Source: Gemmatimonadota bacterium
GTDB taxonomy: Bacteria > Gemmatimonadota > Gemmatimonadetes > Gemmatimonadales > GWC2-71-9
Direction of reading: 5' to 3'
NCBI GenBank assembly: GCA_003222155.1
Contig: QHUU01000059.1
Coordinates: forward strand, 77,578-141,577
Length of the DNA stretch: 64,000 nucleotides
A program made the position numbers and the translations under genes. This document shows, in pieces, positions 27,474 to 36,908 of this stretch; positions within the stretch are counted from its first letter, which is position 1; each line of letters opens with the position of its first letter. The notes below the pieces were generated by a model, which was not told where the DNA came from, searched no databases, and worked only from the letters and a program-made list of their open reading frames with translations.

Positions 27474-28728
27474 GCGCCTAATTTATCTCGTTCTGTTCGT
27501 CGCGCCGCAGGCGCTGCTGTATCTGTACCTACGCGCGCGCCTGCCCGACCCGAGTCGGCCGCGCCGGGCCCGTGTGGTGCGCGCCGTGCTGGCGCTGGTG
27601 TTCGTGACGTTCAACCTGCCATGGGTGTTCGTCGCGCAACATGCGCTGTTCGGTTCCATGTGGAGCGTCGGCCGGCTCCCGCTCACGGGCCCCTGGATCG
27701 CCTGGCAGCTGTTGGGATGGATTTTCTGCGCGCTGGTCGCGGTCTACGTGCTCGGCAAGGTGGGATGGTGGCTGGTGCAGCGGGTACGCAGTGCGCGGTA
27801 TGCGGTTGCTGCCGATGCGAACCGGAACTCCGATGCGCACCGGGAGCAACCGCGCACCGCGGACCGCGCACCCGCTCTGTCCCGGCGCCGCTTTCTCGCC
27901 CGCGCCACGTACACGTATGCCGGCGCCGGCGTCGCCCTGTCGTCCTACGGCATCTGGAGCGCCTATCGGCTTCCCCGGCTGACACGCCGCACGCTGCGGT
28001 TCCCCGATCTGCCCGCGGGGCTCGACGGGCTTACCCTGCTGCATCTCTCCGACCTGCATGCGGGCGTCCATCTCGGGGAGGACAAGATGCAGGAGATCGT
28101 GGCGCAGGCCAACGCGCTCCGCCCCGACCTGATCGTTCAGACGGGGGACATGATCGACATCTCGCCGTCCTACATTCCGGCGTACGTGCGCGCGTTCCGG
28201 GACCTGCGGGCCCCGCTCGGCGTGGTGACGGTGCTCGGGAACCACGACCGCTACACGGGTGAGCGCGAGGTGATTCGCGGGTGCCGGGAGGCGGGGCAGG
28301 TGTTCGTGCAGAACGGTTGCCACGTGATCGAGCGGGGCGGGGCCACCCTCGCCCTGCTTGGTATCGACGACCCGCACAACTGGACGGCGGACGACCCGCA
28401 GGCCAGGGATGTCGACGCGGCGCTCTCCGCCGCCCCGCCGGATGCATTCCGGGTGCTCCTCGCTCACCGCCCGGGCGCCTGGGACTCTGCCGCACCGCGC
28501 GGCATTCCGCTCACACTCGCAGGGCACATCCACGGCGGTCAGTTCTACCTGCCGTTGATCGGTTGGTCGGCCGGGCGCCTGATCACGAAGTACGTGATGG
28601 GCCACTTTCAGCGGGGGTTGAGCCAGCTGTACGTGAGCCGGGGGATCGGGGTGGTCGGCGTGCCGATCCGCGTGTTCGCGCCGCCCGAGATTGAGCTTTT
28701 CGAACTGCGACGGGGAGATGGCTCATGA
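27466..28728 (+). CDS. membrane-anchored metallophosphoesterase
   Basis: ORF 27391..28728. The preferred start is GTG 27466 (AGGAG 10 nt upstream). TM segments come first, then LHLSDLHAG, QTGDMID, GNHD and AGHIHGGQ. Confidence 0.8.
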   Translation: MVTRLIYLVLFVAPQALLYLYLRARLPDPSRPRRARVVRAVLALVFVTFNLPWVFVAQHALFGSMWSVGRLPLTGPWIAWQLLGWIFCALVAVYVLGKVGWWLVQRVRSARYAVAADANRNSDAHREQPRTADRAPALSRRRFLARATYTYAGAGVALSSYGIWSAYRLPRLTRRTLRFPDLPAGLDGLTLLHLSDLHAGVHLGEDKMQEIVAQANALRPDLIVQTGDMIDISPSYIPAYVRAFRDLRAPLGVVTVLGNHDRYTGEREVIRGCREAGQVFVQNGCHVIERGGATLALLGIDDPHNWTADDPQARDVDAALSAAPPDAFRVLLAHRPGAWDSAAPRGIPLTLAGHIHGGQFYLPLIGWSAGRLITKYVMGHFQRGLSQLYVSRGIGVVGVPIRVFAPPEIELFELRRGDGS

Positions 28729-28772
28729 GGAGGTTGGGGTCTCGCGGAGCGACTGCGTATCTTGTCGCGAAC

Positions 28773-29351
28773 TCACGAGCGCGGTGCAGCGATCGCGTCC
28801 CAGGCCCCGTCCAACGCCAGCTTCACTCCCGCGTGTGTCTCGGGCCACTCCTTTGCCGACACGTTGCCGATCGCGAGCGTGACGACGCCGAGCCACACGC
28901 CGGCCCAGATTTCCGCAGCCCCCGGCTTCACGGAGCCGTCGGCCTTGCCCTGCGCGATCAGGCCTTCGAGGTCGAGCCGGAACTCGCGGGCCGTCTTGCG
29001 GCTCTCCTCGTCCAGGAGCTGGTCGTAGCGCTGCACGAAGAAGAGGCGCGCCACGGCCGGCTCGCGCGCCGCACCCGCGACGAGCCCGCGGGCCAGCTCG
29101 GCCAGCTTCTCGCGTGGCCCGACCTTGAGCGCGTCGGCGTCCTTGACGAGCTTGTCGGCCCAGCGCGCCGAGGCGCGGTACAGCTCGTTGAAGAACTGCT
29201 GCTTGCCGGCGAAATGGCGGTAGATCGTGCCCTCGGCCACCCCGGCCTTCTTCGCGATCGCGGGCGTGGTGGTGTCGTGGTATCCCTGCGCGGTGAACAG
29301 CTCGAGCGCCGCACGCACCAGGCGCTCGCGCGTCAAGTCGGCTTGGGTCAT
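28773..29351 (-). CDS. TetR/AcrR family transcriptional regulator
   Basis: 192 aa. The N-terminal helix-turn-helix is LVRAALELFTAQGYHDTTTPAIAKKAGVAEGTIYRHF. Confidence 0.9.
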   Translation of the reverse strand: MTQADLTRERLVRAALELFTAQGYHDTTTPAIAKKAGVAEGTIYRHFAGKQQFFNELYRASARWADKLVKDADALKVGPREKLAELARGLVAGAAREPAVARLFFVQRYDQLLDEESRKTAREFRLDLEGLIAQGKADGSVKPGAAEIWAGVWLGVVTLAIGNVSAKEWPETHAGVKLALDGAWDAIAAPRS

Positions 29352-29448
29352 CGGGCGCGAATCTAACCTCCCAGGGGTTCCAGCGTTGCCCTGGCCTCGC
29401 TAGGTTTCGACGCCGTATTCCCTCACGTCGTCCGGAGGCAATCGCGCC

Positions 29449-30582
29449 ATGCGCATGTTGGTCTTGGGCGCGGGCCTGCAAGGGTCCGCCTGCGCCTATG
29501 ATCTGCTGCAGCAGCCCGGCGTGGAGCGCGTCACGATCGCCGACCTCGAGCCGGACCGCATCCCCGCCATGCTCCGGCCGCACGTCGGCAAACGACTCGC
29601 GCTCCTCAAGCTCGACGTGCAGGACGGCGCTGCGCTGCGCGACGCCATGGGCGGTCACGACGCGGTGCAGAACGCGGCGCCGTACTACTTCAACCTCGCG
29701 GTGTCGCGCGCGGCGCTGGACGCCGGCGTCTCCTGCGCCGACCTGGGCGGCAACACCGAGATCGTCTTCCAGCAGAAGGCGCTCGACGCGGAAGCGCAGA
29801 CACGGGGCGTGTCCATCATCCCCGACTGCGGCCTCGCGCCGGGGATGGTCAACATCCTCGCGGCGGAAGGGATCCGCCGGGTGGGAGATGCCGACGTCGT
29901 GAAGATCTATGTCGGCGGCCTGCCGCAGCATCCCGAGCCGCCGCTCAACTACCAGATCGTGTACTCGCTCGCCGGCGCGCTCGACTACTACACGACGCCC
30001 TCATGGGTGCTGCGCGACGGCAGGCCGGCGCGCGTGGAGGCGCTCTCGGAGCTCGAGCACGTCGCCTTCCCCCCGCCGGTGGGCGAGCTCGAGGCGTTCC
30101 ACACGGGCGGGGGCATCTCCACCATGCCGTGGGCGTACGAGGGCAGGGTGCGGACGATGGAGTACAAGACGCTGCGCTACCCCGGGCACGTGGCGATCAT
30201 GCGCCCCATTCGCGAGCTGGGGCTGCTCGACCTGACTCCCGTCAAGGTGAACGGGACGGACGTCGTGCCGCGCGATGCCTTCATCACGACCGTGTCCCCC
30301 AAGCTCACCAAACCCGGCGGGCGCGACCTGGTCGCCTTGCGTGTCGAAGTGCGCGCCAACAATGGCAAGCGGGCCGCGTGGCAGCTGCTCGACTACTACG
30401 ACGCCGCGCACGGGATCAGTGCGATGATGCGGACCACCGGTTATTCGCTCGCGATCACGGGCCTCATGCAGGTCGACGGCCGCATCGTCGCAAAGGGGGT
30501 GCGCACGCCCGATGAAGCCGTGCCGTTCGGCGCGTACGTCGCCGAGCTCGCCAAGCGCGGCGTGGAGATCCGGGAGCTGTAG
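29449..30582 (+). CDS. saccharopine dehydrogenase family oxidoreductase
   Basis: 377 aa. It has the Rossmann N-terminus MLVLGAGLQGSACAYDL, plus PDCGLAPGMVNIL and YKTLRYPGH, which are typical of saccharopine/homospermidine-type dehydrogenases. It is divergent from the TetR gene. Confidence 0.85.
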   Translation: MRMLVLGAGLQGSACAYDLLQQPGVERVTIADLEPDRIPAMLRPHVGKRLALLKLDVQDGAALRDAMGGHDAVQNAAPYYFNLAVSRAALDAGVSCADLGGNTEIVFQQKALDAEAQTRGVSIIPDCGLAPGMVNILAAEGIRRVGDADVVKIYVGGLPQHPEPPLNYQIVYSLAGALDYYTTPSWVLRDGRPARVEALSELEHVAFPPPVGELEAFHTGGGISTMPWAYEGRVRTMEYKTLRYPGHVAIMRPIRELGLLDLTPVKVNGTDVVPRDAFITTVSPKLTKPGGRDLVALRVEVRANNGKRAAWQLLDYYDAAHGISAMMRTTGYSLAITGLMQVDGRIVAKGVRTPDEAVPFGAYVAELAKRGVEIREL

Positions 30583-30625
30583 CGCCCGGAACCCCGGCGG
30601 GCCGTGTGTCGGTTACGTTACGACT

Positions 30626-31189
30626 ATGGGTGATCTCGACTTCCGCGCGCTGTGGGATCGTGCGCTGACGTATGAAGAGTTCGTGAAACAGTCCAGGGAG
30701 CACTGCTCGCTGTGGACCGGGGTGTACCGGCTGGCGCGTATCCCGCCGTGGGCCCTGGAACAGGCCTGCGAGCAGGGACGGACGTTTCGCCTGCTCGTCC
30801 TGGCCGAGGACTGGTGCGGCGACGCGTCCAACACCATTCCGTACGTGGCAAAGCTCGGTGCCCAGGGCCACTGCCTGGAGATGCGCGTCCTGCGGCGCGA
30901 CGAAAACCCGGAGGTGATGGACCGCTACGTGAGCGGCAGCGCGCGCGCCATCCCGATCGTGATCCTGCTCGACGACGCGTGGCGTGAGGTCGGGCACTGG
31001 GGATCGCGTCCGGCGGAGCTCCAGGCGTGGGTGCTGGAGGCGCGCAAGACGACGCCCAAGGAGGAGCTGTACCCGCAGATCCGGCGCTGGTACGCGAAGG
31101 ACAAGGGTGAGTCGACGTTGAGAGAGATTCTGGCGCTGCTGCCTCGAGAGACGTCGACGGTCGCTGCGACGACAGACGATTCTCAGTAG
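30626..31189 (+). CDS. thioredoxin-fold family protein
   Basis: This is the tail of ORF 30512..31189, starting at ATG 30626. LLVLAEDWCGDASNTIPY sits at the thioredoxin active-site position, with a single Cys. Confidence 0.65.
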   Translation: MGDLDFRALWDRALTYEEFVKQSREHCSLWTGVYRLARIPPWALEQACEQGRTFRLLVLAEDWCGDASNTIPYVAKLGAQGHCLEMRVLRRDENPEVMDRYVSGSARAIPIVILLDDAWREVGHWGSRPAELQAWVLEARKTTPKEELYPQIRRWYAKDKGESTLREILALLPRETSTVAATTDDSQ

Positions 31190-32190
31190 CTCCAGCTGGT
31201 CCCGAACAGGAACCGTCCCCCCTCGCTCCCGCGGCCGTAGCCGACCGCGACGAGAGAGTTGCGCAGCAGCCGCAGCGCGAGCTCGGCACCGCCGCTCTCG
31301 TGTCGGCCGGCCGTCGTGAGGCGCACCGCCTCGCCTGACTCGAACACGCGCCCCGCGTCGTAGAACGTCACGAGCTTGAGCTCTACCGCGTCGCCCACGG
31401 CGAGCAGCGCGTAGCGCACTTCCAGGCCTCCGAGCAGCTTGCCGCGCCCCGTGAACCGGCCCTCGTAATATCCCCGGAGCGATCGGTAGCCGCCCACCGC
31501 GAGGAACGGCAGCTCGCTCGACTCCATGTCTCGCTGGACGGCGAGCGGCGGGCTGCCGCCCATTCCCTCGGCCGCGAGGCGGCCCGCCAGCACCAGCCTG
31601 CGAAACGGGCGCACCTGTACGTGACCGTTGCCCGTGGTGCGCGTGTAGCCGCTCCCGCTGGCGAACAGGACCTCGATCAGCACGCCGCTGTGCGGATCCA
31701 CCTCGCTTTCCCGTGAATCGAACACCAGGCCCGCCCGGACGACGTGGTCGGTGAACGGTACCGTCCCCGAGTCCACCCGCCCGGCGGCCAGGTCGGCACG
31801 GAACACGCTGGGGCCGGGCAGGGCCCGGAAATCGGTGCGCGCCAGGACGCCGCCCACGAGCAGTCGCAGCGGTCCGATCACCCGGCGCTCGAGCGTCGCG
31901 CGCGCCGTCAGGCGAGTGCGGCTCATCCGGTAGTAGTACGTGCCCCGGAGGCTCACGCTGTCGGGATCGTACCGCGTGTCGTTGCCGAGGCCGTAGTAGC
32001 CGAGGCGGTTGTCCCGGGCGGCGCCAAGTGTGCCGCGCACGCGCCATCCGTTCCACCAGGCGGGCGCGTGGGCGTCCAGCACGACCGAGTAGCTGCCCTC
32101 GGTACTGGCACCCGCGTCCAGACTCAGCGACGCGCGGTGCGCCTCGGGCCGCTCGATGAAGCCGAGTGGGCTGTAGCGGCCGTAATGCAC
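31183..32190 (-). CDS. Omp85/BamA-family outer-membrane beta-barrel (surface antigen D15 domain); true start probably upstream
   Basis: 335 aa from GTG 32190, ending in FGTSWSY. The frame stays open upstream and encodes a signal-peptide-like LRAASAALALLAAAAPALAAQ (to about 32319), but there is no in-frame ATG/GTG/TTG there. Confidence 0.7.
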   Translation of the reverse strand: MHYGRYSPLGFIERPEAHRASLSLDAGASTEGSYSVVLDAHAPAWWNGWRVRGTLGAARDNRLGYYGLGNDTRYDPDSVSLRGTYYYRMSRTRLTARATLERRVIGPLRLLVGGVLARTDFRALPGPSVFRADLAAGRVDSGTVPFTDHVVRAGLVFDSRESEVDPHSGVLIEVLFASGSGYTRTTGNGHVQVRPFRRLVLAGRLAAEGMGGSPPLAVQRDMESSELPFLAVGGYRSLRGYYEGRFTGRGKLLGGLEVRYALLAVGDAVELKLVTFYDAGRVFESGEAVRLTTAGRHESGGAELALRLLRNSLVAVGYGRGSEGGRFLFGTSWSY

Positions 32191-32305
32191 GGCGCCCCAC
32201 AGCCCGTCGGTGGCGCGGTAGTAGATGTAGGGATACAGATTGTCGCGCCAGTAGCGCTGCGCCGCGAGCGCCGGCGCCGCGGCCGCGAGCAGTGCCAGCG
32301 CGGCG

Positions 32306-33367
32306 CTAGCGGCTCGCAGCGGGCCGCTCGTAGAGATAGGCCAAGTCTCGGAGTTTGGCCTCGGAGCCGTCGTGGGCGGCGTACCGCCCGGGGTAGAGCG
32401 AGGCGGCCCCGAAGTCGCCGCGTTTGTTCACGGCGTAGAAGTTGATGCTGAACTTCGGCCTGCCGTCGCGGCCGAGCAGGCGCGGCTCGGTGAGCTGCAC
32501 CACGCGTTTGAGCGTTTCGAGGCAGGCGTCGGTCGGCTTCATGCCCCGCCGCATGAACTCCACGGTCAGGAAGCCGCCACACACCTTGATGTTCGATTCG
32601 CCCCGACCGGTCGACCCGGCCGCGCCCACGTCGTTGTCGGTGTACTGGCCGGCACCGATGAGGGGACTGTCTCCCACGCGCCCCGGGATCTTGAAGGCGA
32701 GCCCGCTCGTGGTCGTGACCGACGACACGTCGCCCTGGGGAGTGACCGCGTTGCAGTTGATCGTGCCGGTCGGCCGGGCGCTCAGGTGCTCCGTCTCCGG
32801 TACATCGAGGTAGTCGTCGTCGGGGTTCAGGTTGGCGCGCCAGTGCAGCCATGCCTCGCGCGAGTGCTCGGTCAACAGGTCCTCTTCCTTGAAGCCGTAC
32901 TGCAGCGCGAAATGCTTGGCGCCTTCGCCGACCAGGAAAATATGGTTCGTGTACTTGAGGACGAGCTTCGCGACCTCGGACGGCGTCTTGATCCCTTCCA
33001 GGGCGCCCACGGCGCCGGCGCGCTTCGTGGGGCCGTGCATGCACGACGCGTCGAGCTGCACCACGCCGTCCGCGTTCGGCAGCCCGCCGTAGCCGACCGA
33101 GTCGTCGTTGGGGTCGAGCTCCTGGATCTTCACGCCCTCTATCACCGCGTCCAGCGTGTCCGCTCCCTGCAGCAGCAGGTCGAACGCCTTCTGCACAGCG
33201 CGCAGCCCGTTGGCGCTCGAGACCGCCACCGGCTTCGCGGCCCAGCGGCCCTGGGGCGGCAGCGGACGAGGCGGCCGCATGGGGAAGGCGATGTCGAGCG
33301 CGCCAGTCGCGGCCACGCCTGCGGCGGTGGAGGTGAGGAAGTCACGGCGCGACAGCGAGTCGGACAC
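32306..33367 (-). CDS. Ntn-hydrolase asparaginase (glycosylasparaginase / isoaspartyl peptidase type), Tat-signal
   Basis: ORF 32306..33928. The preferred start is GTG 33367 (GGAG 7 nt upstream). It has the twin-arginine signal SRRDFLTSTAAGVAATGAL and the core motifs GYGGLPNADG and GRVGDSPLIGAGQYTDN. Confidence 0.85.
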   Translation of the reverse strand: MSDSLSRRDFLTSTAAGVAATGALDIAFPMRPPRPLPPQGRWAAKPVAVSSANGLRAVQKAFDLLLQGADTLDAVIEGVKIQELDPNDDSVGYGGLPNADGVVQLDASCMHGPTKRAGAVGALEGIKTPSEVAKLVLKYTNHIFLVGEGAKHFALQYGFKEEDLLTEHSREAWLHWRANLNPDDDYLDVPETEHLSARPTGTINCNAVTPQGDVSSVTTTSGLAFKIPGRVGDSPLIGAGQYTDNDVGAAGSTGRGESNIKVCGGFLTVEFMRRGMKPTDACLETLKRVVQLTEPRLLGRDGRPKFSINFYAVNKRGDFGAASLYPGRYAAHDGSEAKLRDLAYLYERPAASR

Positions 33368-33436
33368 GGGAAGACTCCGGGTGAAGAGCGCGAGCGTAGG
33401 TTGCGCGGTCGGGCAAGCCCTGTCAACTTGCTCCCC

Positions 33437-33901
33437 GTGGACTTCGCAGATCCGCCGAGCCCGCGTGCGGTGATACGCGGGATCCTGGGCGCCGCGACGG
33501 TGCTGGTGGGCCTGGCACTCGTCCTGGTGTCGATCCACGCGGGGCACGTGGAGTGGCGGCTCGTCGCGCTCATGCTCTCCCTCTGGGGCGCGTGGAGTTT
33601 CTTCGGTGCGCTCCTGGAATCCGTGGTCGAGCCGCTCGGCCGGTTCTTCGGCAACGCGCTGACGGGCGGCGTCATGCCGGGCGGCAGCGAGATCACCATC
33701 GACGACGAGACGGAGATGCTCGAGCGTCTGCTCGATGCGGATCCCCCGCCGCCGCCGCACCGGGCCGTGCTCGCCGGCATCCGGCTCGCCGAGATCTACC
33801 GGACACACCAGCACGACACCGCCAAAGCGGAGCAGGTGATCGCCCGGCTCGTGGCCCGGTATCCGGACGCGCCCGAGCTCGCGTATGTCCGCCCCCGTTG
33901 A
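33437..33901 (+). CDS. hypothetical membrane protein (2 TM segments plus a soluble helical tail)
   Basis: This is the tail of ORF 32372..33901, starting at GTG 33437 (or TTG 33428). Sequence: ILGAATVLVGLALVLVSI...LVALMLSLWGAWSFFGALL. Confidence 0.5.
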   Translation: MDFADPPSPRAVIRGILGAATVLVGLALVLVSIHAGHVEWRLVALMLSLWGAWSFFGALLESVVEPLGRFFGNALTGGVMPGGSEITIDDETEMLERLLDADPPPPPHRAVLAGIRLAEIYRTHQHDTAKAEQVIARLVARYPDAPELAYVRPR

Positions 33902-34607
33902 GCTGTCGCTGGTCGTGCCGGTGTACAATGAGCGCGAGAGCCTGGCGATTCTGGTCGAGGAGATCGGCCGCGCGCTCGCAGGGCGGCGCTACGAGATCGT
34001 GGCCGTGGACGACGGCTCGAGCGACGGCTCGCTCGACGAGCTCAAGGGCCTGAAGCACGATCACCCCGAGCTGCACATCGTCGCGTTCGCGGCGAACGCG
34101 GGGCAGACGGCTGCGTTCGCCGCGGGATTCCGGGTGGCCCGGGGCCGAGTGGTCGTGACGCTCGACGCCGATCTTCAGAACGATCCCGCCGACATCCCGG
34201 CCCTCGTGGCGGAGCTCGCCAAGAGCGGCGCCACGGCGGTCGCGGGATACCGCGTCGACCGGCGCGACAGCGGTTGGAAGCGGCTGCAGAGTCGCATCGC
34301 CAACGGGGTGCGCAACCGGCTGAATCGGGAGACGATCCGCGACACGGGCTGCTCGCTCAAGGCATTCCGCGCCGACGCGCTGCGCGAGCTGGCGCTGTTC
34401 AACGGGATGCATCGCTTCCTCCCGACCCTCATCCGGATGCAGGGGGGAAGCGTGCGGGAAGTGCCCGTGCGGCACCGCCCTCGCCGGTACGGGAAGACCA
34501 AGTACGGCATGTGGAACCGCGTGTTCCGAGGGCTGGCGGACGCACTCGCCGTCCGCTGGATGCAGCGCCGGGCGCTGCGCTACCGCGTACGGGAGGAGCT
34601 GCCTTGA
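33885..34607 (+). CDS. family-2 glycosyltransferase (polyprenyl-phosphate glycosyltransferase type)
   Basis: 240 aa. Motifs: LSLVVPVYNE, VAVDDGSSDGS, LDADLQNDP, and C-terminal RPRRYGKTKYG. Confidence 0.9.
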   Translation: MSAPVELSLVVPVYNERESLAILVEEIGRALAGRRYEIVAVDDGSSDGSLDELKGLKHDHPELHIVAFAANAGQTAAFAAGFRVARGRVVVTLDADLQNDPADIPALVAELAKSGATAVAGYRVDRRDSGWKRLQSRIANGVRNRLNRETIRDTGCSLKAFRADALRELALFNGMHRFLPTLIRMQGGSVREVPVRHRPRRYGKTKYGMWNRVFRGLADALAVRWMQRRALRYRVREELP

Positions 34608-34942
34608 TGCACGAGGACTGGGTGCGACAGGTCGATCTGGAGCTGGACGGGGAGCTCAGCCTGCCCGAGCGCGCCGCTCTGTCGCGCCATCTCGCCACGT
34701 GCCGGCACTGCGCCGAAGCGCGGGTCAGCCACCTCGAAATGCGCGTCGCGTTCGCCCGCTCGGCGGGGGAGCCCCACGCCCGCACCGTGCCCCGCCCCCG
34801 CATCCGCGCGCGGGCGCTGGCGATCGCGGTCGCGCTCGCGCTCGCGGCGGGGGCGGCGACGGGTTGGCTGGCGCACGCGCGCTGGGGTGGACCGGGCGCG
34901 GGCCCGCTCGAGGCGACGCGTGCGACGCTCGTGGCGCAGTAG
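34607..34942 (+). CDS. zf-HC2 anti-sigma-factor-like membrane protein
   Basis: The ATG at 34607 overlaps the upstream TGA by 1 nt. It has the H-x3-C-x2-C motif (RHLATCRHC) and one TM segment (ALAIAVALALAAGAATGWL). No sigma factor gene is adjacent. Confidence 0.6.
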   Translation: MHEDWVRQVDLELDGELSLPERAALSRHLATCRHCAEARVSHLEMRVAFARSAGEPHARTVPRPRIRARALAIAVALALAAGAATGWLAHARWGGPGAGPLEATRATLVAQ

Positions 34943-35804
34943 CCTCCCGTTCGCGGCGGCTCTGCTGGCCGCCGCCCTGCAGGCGCCGAACTACCGGGTG
35001 ACCTATCGCCTGCGCGTGGTCCAACCCGCCGCGGCCGGGGCCGACACGCAGCTGCTCGCAAGCGGCGTCGTGACCGGTCCCCCGGAAACAAACCTGCGGC
35101 TCTCGCTGCGCGCGCCGGGCGCCGAGCTGCGCGGGTTACTCGCCACCCTCCCCGAGCCGGACACCGTCAATCTTGCCGCGCTGTTCTTCAGTCGCCGCGC
35201 GACGGGCCGCTCCCGCCGGGGCCTGCCGCTGTGGGAGGAAGACAGCTACCGGCGGTGGACCCGCCTCCCGTGGGGCGGCACCGCGCGCCTGTATCCGTTC
35301 GGACCGGCGGGAGCCGGGCGGCCGACCCGATCCGCCCGGCCCCCGCTCTGGGTCGAGATCACCGTCGGTCGCCAGTTCGCGGCCGGGGAGACCCGGGCGA
35401 GCGAGGAAGTCACGATCGTCGACAGCGCGGTCCTCTTCGACGCCCAAGCGGTGATTCCGCCCCGCCGCGTGACCGTGCGCATGAGTCTGGTGCGCGGCGA
35501 CACGGCGAGCAGCCAGCGCACCGTCGACTTCGTCCCCGAGGCCCCGGGCCGGCGCGTCAGCTTCGTGCTGGGGGGCGAGACGTTCGATTTCGACGTCACG
35601 CTCGAGCGACCCGAGCCTCCCCGCACCGGTCGCGACAGCGCGCTGGCCGTGGACGCGGACGTGGTGTGCCTGCGGCTCCTGGTTCCGGGCTCGTCGGGTC
35701 CCGCGCGGGTGCGCTGCGGCCGCCTCGACAACGTGGCTCGCCGCCTCGCGCTCGTGGACGGCGACACGCTCGTGGCCACCTTCGCCTGGCCGGCGGTGCG
35801 GTGA
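34920..35804 (+). CDS. hypothetical secreted protein
   Basis: ORF 34887..35804. GTG 34920 gives the signal peptide VRRSWRSSLPFAAALLAAALQA. I recognised no domain. Confidence 0.5.
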   Translation: MRRSWRSSLPFAAALLAAALQAPNYRVTYRLRVVQPAAAGADTQLLASGVVTGPPETNLRLSLRAPGAELRGLLATLPEPDTVNLAALFFSRRATGRSRRGLPLWEEDSYRRWTRLPWGGTARLYPFGPAGAGRPTRSARPPLWVEITVGRQFAAGETRASEEVTIVDSAVLFDAQAVIPPRRVTVRMSLVRGDTASSQRTVDFVPEAPGRRVSFVLGGETFDFDVTLERPEPPRTGRDSALAVDADVVCLRLLVPGSSGPARVRCGRLDNVARRLALVDGDTLVATFAWPAVR

Positions 35805-35822
35805 GCGCGGTATTATCCAACG

Positions 35823-36881
35823 ATGCCCCGCAAGGCGCGCCTCCATCCCTCGATTTTCCACCTCCCCGTCGAACGGATGCGGGAGGGGTACTACTCAGAT
35901 AAGTATTTCGTCCGGACGCGGGAGCTGCTCCTCAAAGACAGCCATCGCCCCTGCGTGACGATGCAGGTGTTCGGTAAGGCGCACGCCTTCCTCGGTGGCA
36001 TCGACGAGGCGATCGCCATCCTCAAGCTCTGCTCCAGCGAGTGGGACGAGCTCCAGGTGTACGCGCTGTACGACGGCGACGAGATCGCGCCGTGGGAGAC
36101 GGTCCTCCTCATCGAAGGGCCGTACGACGCCTTCGCCCATCTGGAGACGCTGTACCTGGGCGTCCTCGCCCGCCGCACCAAGGTGGGCACCAACACGCGG
36201 CGGGTCGTGGAGGCCGCGCGGCCGAAACAGGTGATGTTCTTCCCCGCGCGGCACGACCACTGGCTGGTGCAGACCGGCGACGGCTACGCCGCCCACATCG
36301 CCGGTGCAATCGGCGTCTCGACCGACGCGCAGGCCTCGTGGTGGGGCTCCGAAGGTGTGGGCACCGTGCCCCACGCCCTCATCGCCGCATACGGCGGCGA
36401 CACCGTGCTCGCCTCCAGCAAGTTCGCCGAGCACATGGATCCGGGCGTCCGGCTCATCACCCTCGTCGATTTCGAGAATGATTGCGTGGATACGTCGCTC
36501 AAGGTCGCCCGTGCCCTCGGCGAGCGGCTCTACGGCGTCCGCATCGACACGTCCGAGACCCTGGTCGACAAATCGGTCATTCCCCAGATGGGCACGTTCA
36601 AGCCGACCGGGGTCAACCCGCAGCTGGTGCGGAACGTGCGCGGCGCGCTCGACAAGGAAGGGTTCCAGTTCGTGAAGATCGTCGTGTCCGGCGGATTTAC
36701 CGTCGAGAAGATCCGCCAGTTCGAGGAGGAGGATGTCCCCGTCGACATGTACGGCGTCGGGTCGAGCCTGTTCCAGGGCCGCTTCGATTTCACCGCGGAC
36801 GTGGTGCGGGTGGAGGGGAAACCCGTCGCCAAGGTGGGCCGCAGCCATCGGCCCAACCCGCGGCTGGAGCGGGTTGACTGA
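35823..36881 (+). CDS. nicotinate phosphoribosyltransferase family protein
   Basis: 352 aa. YYSDKYF near the N-terminus, then GTVPHALIAAYGGD, YGVRIDTS and VSGGF, are typical of type II PRTases of the NAPRTase family. Confidence 0.85.
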   Translation: MPRKARLHPSIFHLPVERMREGYYSDKYFVRTRELLLKDSHRPCVTMQVFGKAHAFLGGIDEAIAILKLCSSEWDELQVYALYDGDEIAPWETVLLIEGPYDAFAHLETLYLGVLARRTKVGTNTRRVVEAARPKQVMFFPARHDHWLVQTGDGYAAHIAGAIGVSTDAQASWWGSEGVGTVPHALIAAYGGDTVLASSKFAEHMDPGVRLITLVDFENDCVDTSLKVARALGERLYGVRIDTSETLVDKSVIPQMGTFKPTGVNPQLVRNVRGALDKEGFQFVKIVVSGGFTVEKIRQFEEEDVPVDMYGVGSSLFQGRFDFTADVVRVEGKPVAKVGRSHRPNPRLERVD

Positions 36882-36904
36882 CGCGGCTGGAGCGGGTTGA
36901 CTGA
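36859..36904 (+). repeat. perfect 23-bp tandem duplication spanning the stop codon of the NAPRTase gene
   Basis: cgcggctggagcgggttgactga occurs twice back to back (36859-36881 and 36882-36904). Confidence 0.95.
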
Positions 36905-36908
36905 CGAT

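Noticed and set aside
29371-29394. CCAGGG-N12-CCCTGG inverted repeat in the TetR / saccharopine dehydrogenase divergent region, considered as a TetR operator
   Set aside because: The arms are only 6 bp in a GC-rich background, which is too weak to call without comparative or binding data.
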